From assembly GCA_023205875.1 (NCBI GenBank), contig CP060755.1:682001-746000 (forward strand): a DNA stretch of 64,000 bases, written 5' to 3'. The notes below the pieces were generated by a model, which ran no database searches, had not been told where the DNA came from, and was given only the letters and a program-made list of their open reading frames with translations. The stretch comes from Chloropicon primus (taxonomy: Eukaryota). The position numbers and the translations under genes are program-made. Shown one piece after another: positions 52,938 to 63,146 of the stretch (the stretch's first letter is position 1; each line of letters begins with the position of its first letter).

Positions 52938-55526
52938 ATGGAGGTGATGCCGTTGAAGAAGGAAGACGGCGGAGAGAGGGTTGTGAAGATGAGCCCTTGG
53001 ACGAAGAGCTTCTCCAAGCAGTTCAAGTACGCGACCGTGCGCCCGGTGCCGGTCATGGAAGGCTACCTTCCTGGCGCGGCGAAGAACAGGCTGAGCATCA
53101 ATGAGGGGGAGATCTCCCCCGCTTCGAGGAGGCAGCGTGAGAGCTCGATCAGGGAGGGCACCCAGAGAAGAGAGAGTGCGGCCAGGGGGGAGAGCAGGAG
53201 GTTCTCCTTCATGTCCTCCGCGGCCGAATTCAACAAGCTTCTTATTGCTCACGGCGAGAGTCAGAAGCCCGAGAAAGGCAGCGCCGCGAAGAGGAAGCCG
53301 AGGGCAAACAAGCGCGACAGGCTTTCCTCGGGCACCTTCTCGAACCTCACTGGGAAGAACCCGAGGCAGGCCTTGCTGGCCACTTACATTGGCTCGTCCA
53401 ATTCTCACTGCGGCAAGACCATGTTGTACTTCACTTTGGTGTCGGGCGTGCTGCTCTTCCTCTTGGGTTTCATCGTGGGCATGGGTGTCTTGCCGGTGGT
53501 CATTGACGACATGATCAAGAAGGCACTCATCGTCTCCCCCGATGGCCCGTGCTTCTCGGAGAGTGATGGTGGCATGTGCCCGGGCTCCGTCCAGTCGCAC
53601 TACTATCTTTGGAACATCACCAATCCGCACGAGTACCTTGAGGGCAGCCAGGCTCCAGAGCTCCAGGAGGTGGGTCCATTCGTTTACAATTCTTACGAGA
53701 AGGTGTACAACGCGAGCTTTTCGACCAACAAGACCATGGTGAACTACGACTACACCTACTTTTGGGACTACTCTGCCCAAGACAGCTGTGAAGCGTGCCA
53801 GGACCTTGACAGCATGACCATCTACACGGTGAACTCTGCCTACTTGACGGCCCTCAACCAAGCTGGGGGCTCGGAGACCTCTCTGATCATGGCCTTCCTG
53901 CCTCAGGTGTTTGGAGGCTTGTACGACGGCCTGAAGTACGTGGTCTCCGCCGTTGCTCCGAATGCCACGACCGAGGAAGAAATTGATCAGCTCGTTTTCG
54001 CCCAGTGGGCAAACTGCTCTGTCTTGAGCAACAGTGCGTCCACCCTCCCTGCCTACCAGGAGAACGACCCCTACGTCCCAGAGGTAGGAGCGTGGGTGAA
54101 TGCGAACCTTGACAACGCTACGTTCTCCTCGGGCGTGTCTGCCCAAGTTGCTGCCAAGCTGTTCGGAAGGCAAACTGCTGTTGATGCCTCTGATCCCTTT
54201 CCAGATCCGCTGTCATTTATCGGCGCGGCCATGATGCTGCCCGAAGCTGCCTTCTCGATGATGTCCGGCCTGCCGACTGAGCAGGTCGCGATGCTGAAGG
54301 GGTACTTCTACTATGTGATCAACACGTACGGCAAGATGGTTCTCACCGCGGTTGTTGGACCTCCGCTCGGAGATGCCTCCACAGGCGTGGTCATCAAGCG
54401 CACTGCCAAGGAGCTCCTGGAGGGTTGGCAAGACCCCCTCATGGCTGCTTTCATGCCAGGACTCAACATTTCGTACAACCTGGGCTTCCACACCGACCTC
54501 ATCGATGCCATTGACGACCAAATGGCAAGCGGTACCCTCGACTTCAGCCACCCCTACGTGTTCAACAAGGAGGCGATGACGGGCCAGTACAAGCCATCTG
54601 AGATCGGAGAGCTCATCGCATTCGAGGACCTGAGAGAAATTCAGCACGGTAACGGGACCAGCAGAGTCCACGGGAGAAGCATGGAGCCCGCGACTGGATT
54701 CAGGTTCTACAACTTCCGCGAGGAGTACAATTTCACCATGTTCCACGAAGGCATCCAGAGGCCGATCACGTTCTTGAGAGATGAGAAGACCTCCACCGTC
54801 CGGAAGATCGACGCCTTGCACTTCAAGCTGGATCCCAACGACATGGTCTCTTGCGCCACCAATGCCACGCAGTGCGTTTACGCTGACAGCATCGACGGAG
54901 CGTGGAACATCTCCACGGTGTACATGACGGAGAGCTCGGGAACCTTCCCCCAGTGGTCCGGCGAAGGCGGCGACCCAGCACAGGGCCCGCACTTGACCTT
55001 CAACCCGGAGCACAGGAGGGAGTGGGGAGTTGACATCGAGCCCCGCATGGGCGTCGCGCTGAAGATCACCATGCCTTTCCAGTACAACTACTTTGTGGCC
55101 CCGACGGATGTTCTCCACCAGACGATCTGGAAGCCGAACGGGACCAGCGCCCCTGACGGAGCCTGGATCCCGAACTTTTACTACGACCTGCAGTCAGAGA
55201 TATCGGCAAAGGACGCCATCAAGCTCAGAGAGGGTCTCTTCATTCTCAAGGTGATCACCCTGACCCTCCTTTGCGGTCTTCCGCTCGGGGGAATCATCAT
55301 GGTCGTGTTCTCCACCTACAAGCTCTTCTTCTCCCTCGACACCATTGAGAAGGAGAAGCTGCTCAAGGAGAAGCTTCAGACCAGGGCGTCCACCGTGAAG
55401 GTGAACAGAGAGTCCATGAAGATGGCCAAACATGATTTGGAGAAGGGAATCAAGAAAGACCCCTTGAACAGGCACCAGTACTCGTTCACCCAGATGACCA
55501 AGATCCCAAAGTCTTCCCTGCATTAA
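52938..55526 (+). CDS. CD36/scavenger receptor class B (LIMP-2-like) protein, 862 aa
   Basis: N- and C-terminal TM helices; YYLWNITNP.EYL.G..P.LQEVGPFVY; RTAKELLEGWQDPL; DIEPRMG. Confidence 0.82.
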   Translation: MEVMPLKKEDGGERVVKMSPWTKSFSKQFKYATVRPVPVMEGYLPGAAKNRLSINEGEISPASRRQRESSIREGTQRRESAARGESRRFSFMSSAAEFNKLLIAHGESQKPEKGSAAKRKPRANKRDRLSSGTFSNLTGKNPRQALLATYIGSSNSHCGKTMLYFTLVSGVLLFLLGFIVGMGVLPVVIDDMIKKALIVSPDGPCFSESDGGMCPGSVQSHYYLWNITNPHEYLEGSQAPELQEVGPFVYNSYEKVYNASFSTNKTMVNYDYTYFWDYSAQDSCEACQDLDSMTIYTVNSAYLTALNQAGGSETSLIMAFLPQVFGGLYDGLKYVVSAVAPNATTEEEIDQLVFAQWANCSVLSNSASTLPAYQENDPYVPEVGAWVNANLDNATFSSGVSAQVAAKLFGRQTAVDASDPFPDPLSFIGAAMMLPEAAFSMMSGLPTEQVAMLKGYFYYVINTYGKMVLTAVVGPPLGDASTGVVIKRTAKELLEGWQDPLMAAFMPGLNISYNLGFHTDLIDAIDDQMASGTLDFSHPYVFNKEAMTGQYKPSEIGELIAFEDLREIQHGNGTSRVHGRSMEPATGFRFYNFREEYNFTMFHEGIQRPITFLRDEKTSTVRKIDALHFKLDPNDMVSCATNATQCVYADSIDGAWNISTVYMTESSGTFPQWSGEGGDPAQGPHLTFNPEHRREWGVDIEPRMGVALKITMPFQYNYFVAPTDVLHQTIWKPNGTSAPDGAWIPNFYYDLQSEISAKDAIKLREGLFILKVITLTLLCGLPLGGIIMVVFSTYKLFFSLDTIEKEKLLKEKLQTRASTVKVNRESMKMAKHDLEKGIKKDPLNRHQYSFTQMTKIPKSSLH

Positions 55527-55734
55527 TGAATCAAGAGAGCTTCTGCCCCAAGCCCATGAACGATACCAGATAATAGCAAACTTTTTCGTGTGTAATCGCA
55601 CCAACGCATTGCTCTCTATTTTCCCAACAGGCGCCACATCAGCATTGCATTGTGTTCCACAACTCCCAACCCCCACCACCACCTGGGCCTCTCCGTTTTC
55701 CTCCACACAGCAGAGGAGGCCGAGGACTGGCGCG

Positions 55735-58170
55735 ATGGGCCGGTCTCGCGCCTGCCGGGTTCTCCTGGTGGACAATTACGACAGCTACACGTACAACCTC
55801 TACCAGATGCTCTCCGTGGTGCATGTGGAAGGAACCTCGGTCGAGGTCGACGTCATGAAGAACGACGCCGTCCCTTTCTCTCGGTTGAGACCCAGCATCA
55901 TCGAGTACGACGCGATCGTTCTGTCTCCTGGACCGGGGACGCCAGAATGCGAGCAGGACGTCGGCGTGTGCAGGGACATCCTCGATCATCTCGTAGACGT
56001 CCCGATCTTGGGCGTGTGCCTCGGGCATCAGGCGCTGGCGCACGCGTACGGCGCCAAAGTTGTGAAAGCGCCGGTCCCTTTCCACGGGAGGTTGAGCAGA
56101 GTGACGACGACGTGCTCCTCGGATGATGAGGTCGGCAGGGGCTCGGAGCTCTTCGCAGGCATCCCAAGTGACGGCGGCTTCGACGTTGTCAGGTACCACT
56201 CCCTCGTCGTGGACGAGGCCAGCCTGCCGGACTGCCTACTGCCCCTGGCCTGGACGAGTCCGGACGAGGAGAGCAAAGGAAGGAGGCTGCTCATGGCCAT
56301 CATGCATCGGGACTACCCCCACTATGGGGTTCAGTTCCACCCGGAGAGCATCTGCACCTCGCACGGAGCGACCCTCCTGAAAAACTTCGTCGGCATGGCG
56401 CTCAAGGGGGTTGGAACCCAAGCGAGGCGGTCGTGCTTGGGCCTGGAGAGCGGGAACGGGAGCGAGGCGGTCGTGCCGGGGGTCTGCCGCCCCTCTGAGG
56501 GGAGGGTGGAGAGGGGCGAACCTTGCGCCAGGATCCACCGGGGCATCGCAGATGGCGGGCTGTGGATCAATGCTCTCGCGCTCAAGAGCGAAGAGCGCAT
56601 CGATGCTGAGAAGATGTTCCTCGACTGCTGCTTCGGGGGCGGCGGGGAGCAAGGGAGCCAGGACACGTTCTGGCTCGACAGCTCGAACCTTGACTACAGC
56701 GGCGCGAGGTTCTCGTACATGGGGAGGAGGGGAGGGAAATTCTGGAGAAGGATTGAGTACGTCCTCGGCGACCAGTCTGAGCTCTTGGGCACCATGAAGA
56801 TTGGCGACACGGAGGGAGGTGAGGAGGTTCTCACCTTTAGGAAAGAGGACGGCATCACATTTTGGGATTGCATGGACGGCATGGTCCAGGAAACGAGCAA
56901 GCGCATGTCGGATCAGGGGGCTCACTTCATCTGTGGCGGTGACGGGGAGCTGGGAACGCTTCCGAGCGGGTGGTCCTTGAAGAACGACGGAGGAGCGGCC
57001 GAGGGTGACCCCCTCCCCTTCGACTTTCAGTGCGGGTTCGTGGGCTACATCGGGTACGAAATGAAGGCTCAGTGCGGGGGATCGATGAAACACGAGGCCA
57101 GTCACCCGGACTCCTTTTTCTTCTTCGCTGACCAGGTCATCGCAATCGACCACGATGACGGCACCATCTACTTTTTGGAGCTCAGCGAACACAAGCTGGA
57201 CGGACCCTCCAGCTGGATGAAGGGAGCGCTGGCGTCCATGACGGGAGACTCGCTCGCTGGCGTAGATCCCGGATCGGGGGGCTTGCCGTGCGACAAAAAC
57301 CTCAAGGAAAGCGCGGAGTGGTCCAGGATTCACGAGGAGTACGTCGGGGACATCGGGTCTTGCAAAGAATACTTGCTCGACGGCGATTCGTACGAGATTT
57401 GCCTGACAAACAGGTTGAAGATCGAAGGCGAATTCCAAAATGCTCTGGACTACTACCGCTTGCTCCGGCAAAGGAACCCCGCGCCCTACTCGGCCTTCCT
57501 GGACTTCACGTCGCGTGCGCCGGACCAGAAGACGGGGTTGACGATATGTTGCAGCAGCCCGGAAAGATTCTTGAAATTGACGCGAGCCGGCGTCCTCGAG
57601 GCCAAGCCGATCAAGGGCACGATCCGAAGAGGGCGCACCAAGGACGAGGACGCGGAGGCCCTCAACACCCTGCGCTGCTCAGGCAAAGATAGGGCTGAGA
57701 ACCTCATGATTGTTGACCTGCTGAGGAACGACCTTGGGCGCGTCTCGGAATTGGGATCGGTGCACGTGCCCAAGCTGATGGACGTCGAGAGTTACGCCAC
57801 CGTGCATCAGATGGTTTCGACGGTGAGGGGCCAGAAAGCGCAGGGCGTGACTCCGGTGGACTGCATACGTTGTGCCTTTCCCGCGGGATCGATGACAGGC
57901 GCCCCGAAAATCAGGACGATGCAGATCATCGACGACTTGGAGATGGAGTCCAGGGGCGTGTACAGCGGCACGATAGGATACATCTCCTGCCGCGACGGTT
58001 GTTTCGACATGAACGTGGTCATCCGAACCGCCATTTTCTCCGGCACGGGTACCATCGTAGGAGCCGGCGGAGCCATCACGATTCAATCCAATGCGGAAAG
58101 CGAGTTCGACGAGATTGTAGTCAAAGCCGAAGTTCTCGTGTCCACGCCGTCCTCGCGAGGTCAACCGTGA
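55735..58170 (+). CDS. ADCS: Aminodeoxychorismate synthase (fused PabA-PabB)
   Basis: LLVDNYDSYTYNL, LSPGPG, ILGVCLGHQ, VRYHSL, GVQFHPES; GDSYEICLT, NPAPYSA, SSPERFL, KPIKGT, KDRAENLMIVDLLRNDLG, GSMTGAPK. Confidence 0.95.
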   Translation: MGRSRACRVLLVDNYDSYTYNLYQMLSVVHVEGTSVEVDVMKNDAVPFSRLRPSIIEYDAIVLSPGPGTPECEQDVGVCRDILDHLVDVPILGVCLGHQALAHAYGAKVVKAPVPFHGRLSRVTTTCSSDDEVGRGSELFAGIPSDGGFDVVRYHSLVVDEASLPDCLLPLAWTSPDEESKGRRLLMAIMHRDYPHYGVQFHPESICTSHGATLLKNFVGMALKGVGTQARRSCLGLESGNGSEAVVPGVCRPSEGRVERGEPCARIHRGIADGGLWINALALKSEERIDAEKMFLDCCFGGGGEQGSQDTFWLDSSNLDYSGARFSYMGRRGGKFWRRIEYVLGDQSELLGTMKIGDTEGGEEVLTFRKEDGITFWDCMDGMVQETSKRMSDQGAHFICGGDGELGTLPSGWSLKNDGGAAEGDPLPFDFQCGFVGYIGYEMKAQCGGSMKHEASHPDSFFFFADQVIAIDHDDGTIYFLELSEHKLDGPSSWMKGALASMTGDSLAGVDPGSGGLPCDKNLKESAEWSRIHEEYVGDIGSCKEYLLDGDSYEICLTNRLKIEGEFQNALDYYRLLRQRNPAPYSAFLDFTSRAPDQKTGLTICCSSPERFLKLTRAGVLEAKPIKGTIRRGRTKDEDAEALNTLRCSGKDRAENLMIVDLLRNDLGRVSELGSVHVPKLMDVESYATVHQMVSTVRGQKAQGVTPVDCIRCAFPAGSMTGAPKIRTMQIIDDLEMESRGVYSGTIGYISCRDGCFDMNVVIRTAIFSGTGTIVGAGGAITIQSNAESEFDEIVVKAEVLVSTPSSRGQP

Positions 58171-58361
58171 TTGATTGATCCCCATCGTGGCTCTCTTTCG
58201 CTGTATTGTATTATGTATTGTATTATGTATCAAAGAGGAAGAGACACGCGCGTTGGCCAACAATCCAACCGTGGCAACCTTCCCTTGCCCTGCATCAATA
58301 GTCCAACACCCTTTCTCGCCATCGATCTCGCCCAAAGTCTGCAAGCCAAGATATCAAGCTC

Positions 58362-58388
58362 GAGAGAGAGAGAGAGAAGAGAGAGAAG

Positions 58389-58424
<36 letters not shown>

Positions 58425-58430
58425 AGAGAG
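58362..58430 (+). repeat. GA-rich microsatellite upstream of STMP1-like gene
   Basis: Imperfect (GA)n. Confidence 0.9.
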
Positions 58431-58514
58431 GGCCGTCGCGACGCTGTCAAGTGCTGGAGGGAGGGCTGCGACGAGAAGCTTCGACTTGCACGAGGAACTC
58501 ACACACCGACCGAC

Positions 58515-58752
58515 ATGGGCGCCGCGGGGACTCTCCTCGCCCTTTCCGCAGGCGTTGTCTTGGGCGTGTTCATCTCCCAACAGTACGCAGTTCCGGACGT
58601 GAAGCAAGGCGTGGACTGGCTGGTAAGTGAAGAAGAAGCAGAAGCCAGGGAGGGCATTTCGTGGCGCCGATACTGACGAAGCTCTTCGCTCCGTGTTGCA
58701 GGGCCAGCAAGTGAAGAAGGTGGATAAGGTGTACAAGAAGAAGAACGACTGA
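58515..58752 (+). CDS. STMP1: Short transmembrane mitochondrial protein 1 (DUF4535)-like micropeptide; exons 58515-58622 and 58702-58752 (52 aa)
   Basis: MGAAGTLLALSAGVVLGVFISQQYAVPDVKQGVDWL|GQQVKKVDKVYKKKND*, matching G..G.(Y/F)..Q.Y.(V/I)P; GTAAGT..CTGAC..CAG intron; TGTAA downstream. Confidence 0.8.
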
Positions 58753-58856
58753 GTAACGCATTGGCACGGGGCAGAGTGAAGAGGGGAATAATGATAGACG
58801 GTACATATATATCTCTGTAAATACAATTCTTGTACATGAAAACAAGAAAGCAGGAG

Positions 58857-61800
58857 TTACTTCCAAGCTTTGATGATCCCGTCCCGACTGCAGGATAAGA
58901 CGATCCTTTCCTGAGAGTCCAGAAGGGCGAGGTCGAGGATAGAGTCCTCATGGTACGTTTTCGAGCCCCCCTCCGTGGCCTTCCCCTTTGCAGCCTTCTG
59001 GTTCCCTTTCTGCTGCTGGCTCGGAGACTGGGCCTCTTTTCCCGCGCCGTGCTTTGCCTCCTCGACGGTGGAGATGCCATTGAATATCTTCTTCGCGTAG
59101 TACACCGGAGGCTTGACGATCCAGTCCATGGGATTGCCCGTGCTGTTGCCCGCGCTGAGCTTGGCGTAGGGGCCGCACATAAGGTAGCTGAACTCAAACC
59201 TTTGTGGGTCCCAGAACCTCATGAACTGGTCGCTTCCCGCTGTGAGGAAGCCCCCGTTAGGAAGTGGCAAGATGGCTCGGTGCCCCACACCCGCTCTCGC
59301 TTGAAGTAGTGGAGCTCCCTGCGTTGGTGTTTGGGGGGATTGGGGCGAGCTCAGCGCGTGCATAGTGCCCAGCTCCCGCGACCTCAGGTGGCTGTTCACT
59401 GCCTCTGACTCAGCGTCCAGGTCAGAGAGAGATTTGGAGCTCACGGAGAGAGAAGGCGAGCAAGAGCTCGGGTTACCGGCGTACGAGTTTGCTCCCTCGC
59501 TCAAGTTCCTGAAAATCTGCTCGCACCTGCCCTCAAAGATATTCCACACCGCCGTCTCGTGCTCCCCTGCACTTATCAACACGCGGCAGTTCTCCGAATT
59601 GCTGTCGTTCTCCATCAGATCGTTGTACGGGACCATCGCGTGGATATCCCTTCGATGAGGATGCTGCCACTGCTTGGCGCACATCGAAAACCTCAGATCA
59701 AACAGCGAGACGACGCCAACGTTGGTTATCGTGGCCAGCCACGTTTGCTTCAGGTCCTCGCAGAACATGCTCCGAAGCATCCCCAGGGAGGGAGCCAGGC
59801 TCAGGGTCCACGCGTCCTTTCCCTGCCTGTGGTCGTAACCATGAATGGAGCCGTGCTCGGTCGCGTAGCAGATAACGTTTTCGTCGCAGACAGAAAGCCC
59901 TAGAGCTGCTCCTTCAGACCCCTTGGCAGATGTCCCCGCATCGCATGCGTTCCCAATGCGAGTGATCCCGGTGTACTGGTCCGGGAGCCCTTGGCGCGTC
60001 ACATACTCCACATTCCATAAGTGAACTGACCCGTCGCTAGATGCGGACGCCACGCTTTGCTTCGACTGCAGTAGCGAGGCGCAAGAAAGAATCCGACCTC
60101 CCTGCTTGGAGTAGGTAAGCCTGGACTTGAAGGAGATATCCTTCTCCAACTTCCTGCAGTCCCAAATTTTGCACGTGCCGTCGTCACTCGCGGACGTGAG
60201 GAAGAAGTTGTCTTCCGATATACTCAACTTGTTCACAGCTCTCTTGTGCTCCGCCAGGTGAGAGATCAAGATGCCTTGCGGCTGCCAGGTGTACGTGTAT
60301 GATCGTGGATTGGCATGGCCACTCACACCAGTCGACAGCGCATCCACGACTGCGTCTGAAATGTTCCTCTGGTGAACCGCGCTTTGAGCGTTCTGGGTGG
60401 ATCCACGCGCGTTTTTCTCCACTTTCTGCTGGTTCCCATTCCGGCCAAAAAAGTTCGATTCATTTAGCATTGATATGCTCGCGGACGGGCCCCTCTGCGC
60501 GACGTTGTCGTCCATAGATTGCCTCTGCACTTCCGCTGCGCTGCTGTGCAACACTTTTTTCAAGGTGCTGTGGTTTTGAAGAGCCCCGGTCCTGACTGCC
60601 GTGTGCATGGACTGCTCGGGTGTGCTCAAGAAATCCGATTTGGCCACCGAATAGATTGCTATCCCTGGGCTCAGGCGAGAATCTTGCACATTCCCCGACG
60701 CGTTCTGTTGCGGATGCTGCCGCATGTTCAACTTTCTATTCTCGAGCCTGACATTCTGCATCCCCAAGCAATCGAAGATGCACATCTCGTCCCTCAGATT
60801 CGGGCACTCGACGGACCAGTTCACATCCTTCAATCGAGGAAGGAGGTGAGCGTAGATGTCAACCTGAGACAAGCGCCTCGCACACGCTGCCACAAGCTTC
60901 ACGCTCGATACAAAGACTTGGATCGGTATACTTTGAAGGGAAATTTGGTTTTGAAGCGAAACTTGACGCGGATGCTGCTGACCTTCCTGGTGCTGGACTC
61001 CGCCGAGGAAGGGTTTGCACTTCTCGACCAAGCCCAGGAGCGTGATTTTTTCCAGGACATACGCATTCGTGCCAATGGACTTGCTCTCCACGAGCCTGCA
61101 GAGGCACGAGAGACAGCTTGACAGGACTTCGGGCTCAGGGTCAAGGAATGCTTGCTCCACGCAAGGAATCAAGAACGACTCGAGGACTTTCACATTCCCC
61201 AGCTTATTTCGTGGCACGGTGTACCTGCACACAATCGGTAGCTGCTTGAAAAAGTCTCTTCTCACGTGCCAGTCGCTGTGGTTCAAGAAAGTAATAAATA
61301 AAGGGAGGAGCAGGTTGTTGGTCTCCTGCACCCCGAAGAAGTCGCAAAAGCATTCGAAATTCTGCATCGTCGCTTGCATGGTTGCGCTTGTCGAATGCCC
61401 CCCGGTGGTCAAATCGATCAAAATCTTGGAAACCTCCTTCTTCAGGACTGCCAAGTGAGTCATACGAGTTTGGCGGTCGCCTTTCCTTTCGCCCGCCTGA
61501 TCGCCGTCTTCAGCGGGCTGCGCCGCACGCGTGTGCTGCAGAGGGATCCGCAGAAGTCTGCAAGCCACTTCGATCAGCTTCGGCAGCTCGCTCGCAAAGT
61601 GAACTCTGACCATTTCTTCAGGATCGGAGCACAATAACGCAAGGGAAGGGAAGATGTACTCGGAAAAAACTTTTTCCTCGCTCTCCGGAAGGGATTCCAC
61701 GCTTTTCAGGATTGTCGCTAGAGCAGAAAGAGCCATGGAGCGCACAATCGTGGAGCTTTGGTTCACCATGGACAGGAGATAAGGCAGGATCTGCTGCATT

Positions 61801-63146
61801 TTCCGCTCATCGTCGCAGTACATTCCGCTCTCGCACAGCAAACGTATGCAGGCACACTTGCTCGACGGTGTCTTTGTGTTCCGCAGCAAAGAGCAGAACA
61901 GCGACACCAGCAACGTCATTCCCTCCTTCAAGCTCTCTCTCTGTTCTTGTGTGTAAGCCACTTCAGAGCCCTCAGACTCATGCGCTGCCGCGGGGTCGGA
62001 CCCTTGAGAGTCTTTCAAGTCCGCCCTCAGGCCCGCGATGCACCCTTTCAGCTGCCCGTAAGCCAGCCGAATTGTGGACAACCTACCATCTGGATCAAGC
62101 GGCAGCAAAGACGCACAGAACCCGTGCAGAGTCTGAGACATGTAGGAAGGAAACAGCTCCTTCTTCCGCGTTGTGCCCCCTGAGTCCAGCCACTTGCCTG
62201 ACAAGTACTCTTTCGCCGTGAGTCTCTTCGAGGGATCGAGCTGGATCATGTGGAGAATCAGGGCCCTCATGTTCTCGTCTTTCACCTTGCTGGACAGGAC
62301 TGTCGACGGGTCGTATTCACCCCTTCGGTACGCGTGCAGCTCCGACAGGTCAAAGAGAGACTTCCCTTCCATGTAAAGCTCCGCGAGGACGCACCCCAGG
62401 GAGAATATATCCATCGCGCCAGTCAAGCCCCCCTGGCTCTGCGAAGGGAGGGGCGAAAAAATCGTTGGGGAGCCATCCTCCTGAGAGTCCGCCGTCCCCA
62501 GCTCTGCTGCACCGACACTCCCCTCGGCATTCACTTTGTCAACGAACCTCTCGGGTGCCAAGTAGCACCTCCTCCTCGACCCGGCGTCGAAGAAGAAGCT
62601 GAAGTCTGCTGGGTTATCCGCCGGCAGGTACGTTGGTTTGTACGCCGAGGCAAAGTCAGAGAGATACACCCAGTTCCAAGAGGTGACCAGAACGTTTTCA
62701 CACTTGATGTCCCCGTGGTAAACCCCCTTCTCGTGAGCCTGACCAACCGCAAACAGAAGCTGGAACGCCATCCACTTCTTCTCCGGCAGAGAGAGGAATG
62801 GTCTCGTCGAGATCCTCTCGTACAGGTTGCTGAAAACGTACTGCCTAAGAAGGAAGGCCTTGCTATCCGACTCGAACCAAGTCTGAAAGGGCCAGAGGTG
62901 AGGACAACTCAGTCCACTGAGGTTATCCCTTATACGCCCGAGCTCCCTCTTGTACACGTCCAGGTCCGGCGATCCCTCCCTCTTGAGGTAAACCTTGACC
63001 ACGACGAGGCCTCCCTCATCGTGAACGCACACGAAAGTCTTCAGCACCCTTCCTCCTCCGAGGGTGTCCTTGTACACCACGTTCGGCAAGTCGGACAAGA
63101 GCTCAGCAGGACGCGTGGTCACCGCCTTGGCCAACTGGTTTCCCAT
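58857..63146 (-). CDS. VPS15: PI3K regulatory subunit VPS15 (kinase-HEAT-WD40), 1429 aa, intronless
   Basis: MGNQL myristoylation start; LYERISTRPFL..EKKW, HGDIKCENVLVTSWNW.YL.DFA, RRRCYLAPERF; WD40 W.PQG.LI.HL.EH..SDDGT.KIWD; SRDGIIKAWK. Confidence 0.96.
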   Translation of the reverse strand: MGNQLAKAVTTRPAELLSDLPNVVYKDTLGGGRVLKTFVCVHDEGGLVVVKVYLKREGSPDLDVYKRELGRIRDNLSGLSCPHLWPFQTWFESDSKAFLLRQYVFSNLYERISTRPFLSLPEKKWMAFQLLFAVGQAHEKGVYHGDIKCENVLVTSWNWVYLSDFASAYKPTYLPADNPADFSFFFDAGSRRRCYLAPERFVDKVNAEGSVGAAELGTADSQEDGSPTIFSPLPSQSQGGLTGAMDIFSLGCVLAELYMEGKSLFDLSELHAYRRGEYDPSTVLSSKVKDENMRALILHMIQLDPSKRLTAKEYLSGKWLDSGGTTRKKELFPSYMSQTLHGFCASLLPLDPDGRLSTIRLAYGQLKGCIAGLRADLKDSQGSDPAAAHESEGSEVAYTQEQRESLKEGMTLLVSLFCSLLRNTKTPSSKCACIRLLCESGMYCDDERKMQQILPYLLSMVNQSSTIVRSMALSALATILKSVESLPESEEKVFSEYIFPSLALLCSDPEEMVRVHFASELPKLIEVACRLLRIPLQHTRAAQPAEDGDQAGERKGDRQTRMTHLAVLKKEVSKILIDLTTGGHSTSATMQATMQNFECFCDFFGVQETNNLLLPLFITFLNHSDWHVRRDFFKQLPIVCRYTVPRNKLGNVKVLESFLIPCVEQAFLDPEPEVLSSCLSCLCRLVESKSIGTNAYVLEKITLLGLVEKCKPFLGGVQHQEGQQHPRQVSLQNQISLQSIPIQVFVSSVKLVAACARRLSQVDIYAHLLPRLKDVNWSVECPNLRDEMCIFDCLGMQNVRLENRKLNMRQHPQQNASGNVQDSRLSPGIAIYSVAKSDFLSTPEQSMHTAVRTGALQNHSTLKKVLHSSAAEVQRQSMDDNVAQRGPSASISMLNESNFFGRNGNQQKVEKNARGSTQNAQSAVHQRNISDAVVDALSTGVSGHANPRSYTYTWQPQGILISHLAEHKRAVNKLSISEDNFFLTSASDDGTCKIWDCRKLEKDISFKSRLTYSKQGGRILSCASLLQSKQSVASASSDGSVHLWNVEYVTRQGLPDQYTGITRIGNACDAGTSAKGSEGAALGLSVCDENVICYATEHGSIHGYDHRQGKDAWTLSLAPSLGMLRSMFCEDLKQTWLATITNVGVVSLFDLRFSMCAKQWQHPHRRDIHAMVPYNDLMENDSNSENCRVLISAGEHETAVWNIFEGRCEQIFRNLSEGANSYAGNPSSCSPSLSVSSKSLSDLDAESEAVNSHLRSRELGTMHALSSPQSPQTPTQGAPLLQARAGVGHRAILPLPNGGFLTAGSDQFMRFWDPQRFEFSYLMCGPYAKLSAGNSTGNPMDWIVKPPVYYAKKIFNGISTVEEAKHGAGKEAQSPSQQQKGNQKAAKGKATEGGSKTYHEDSILDLALLDSQERIVLSCSRDGIIKAWK

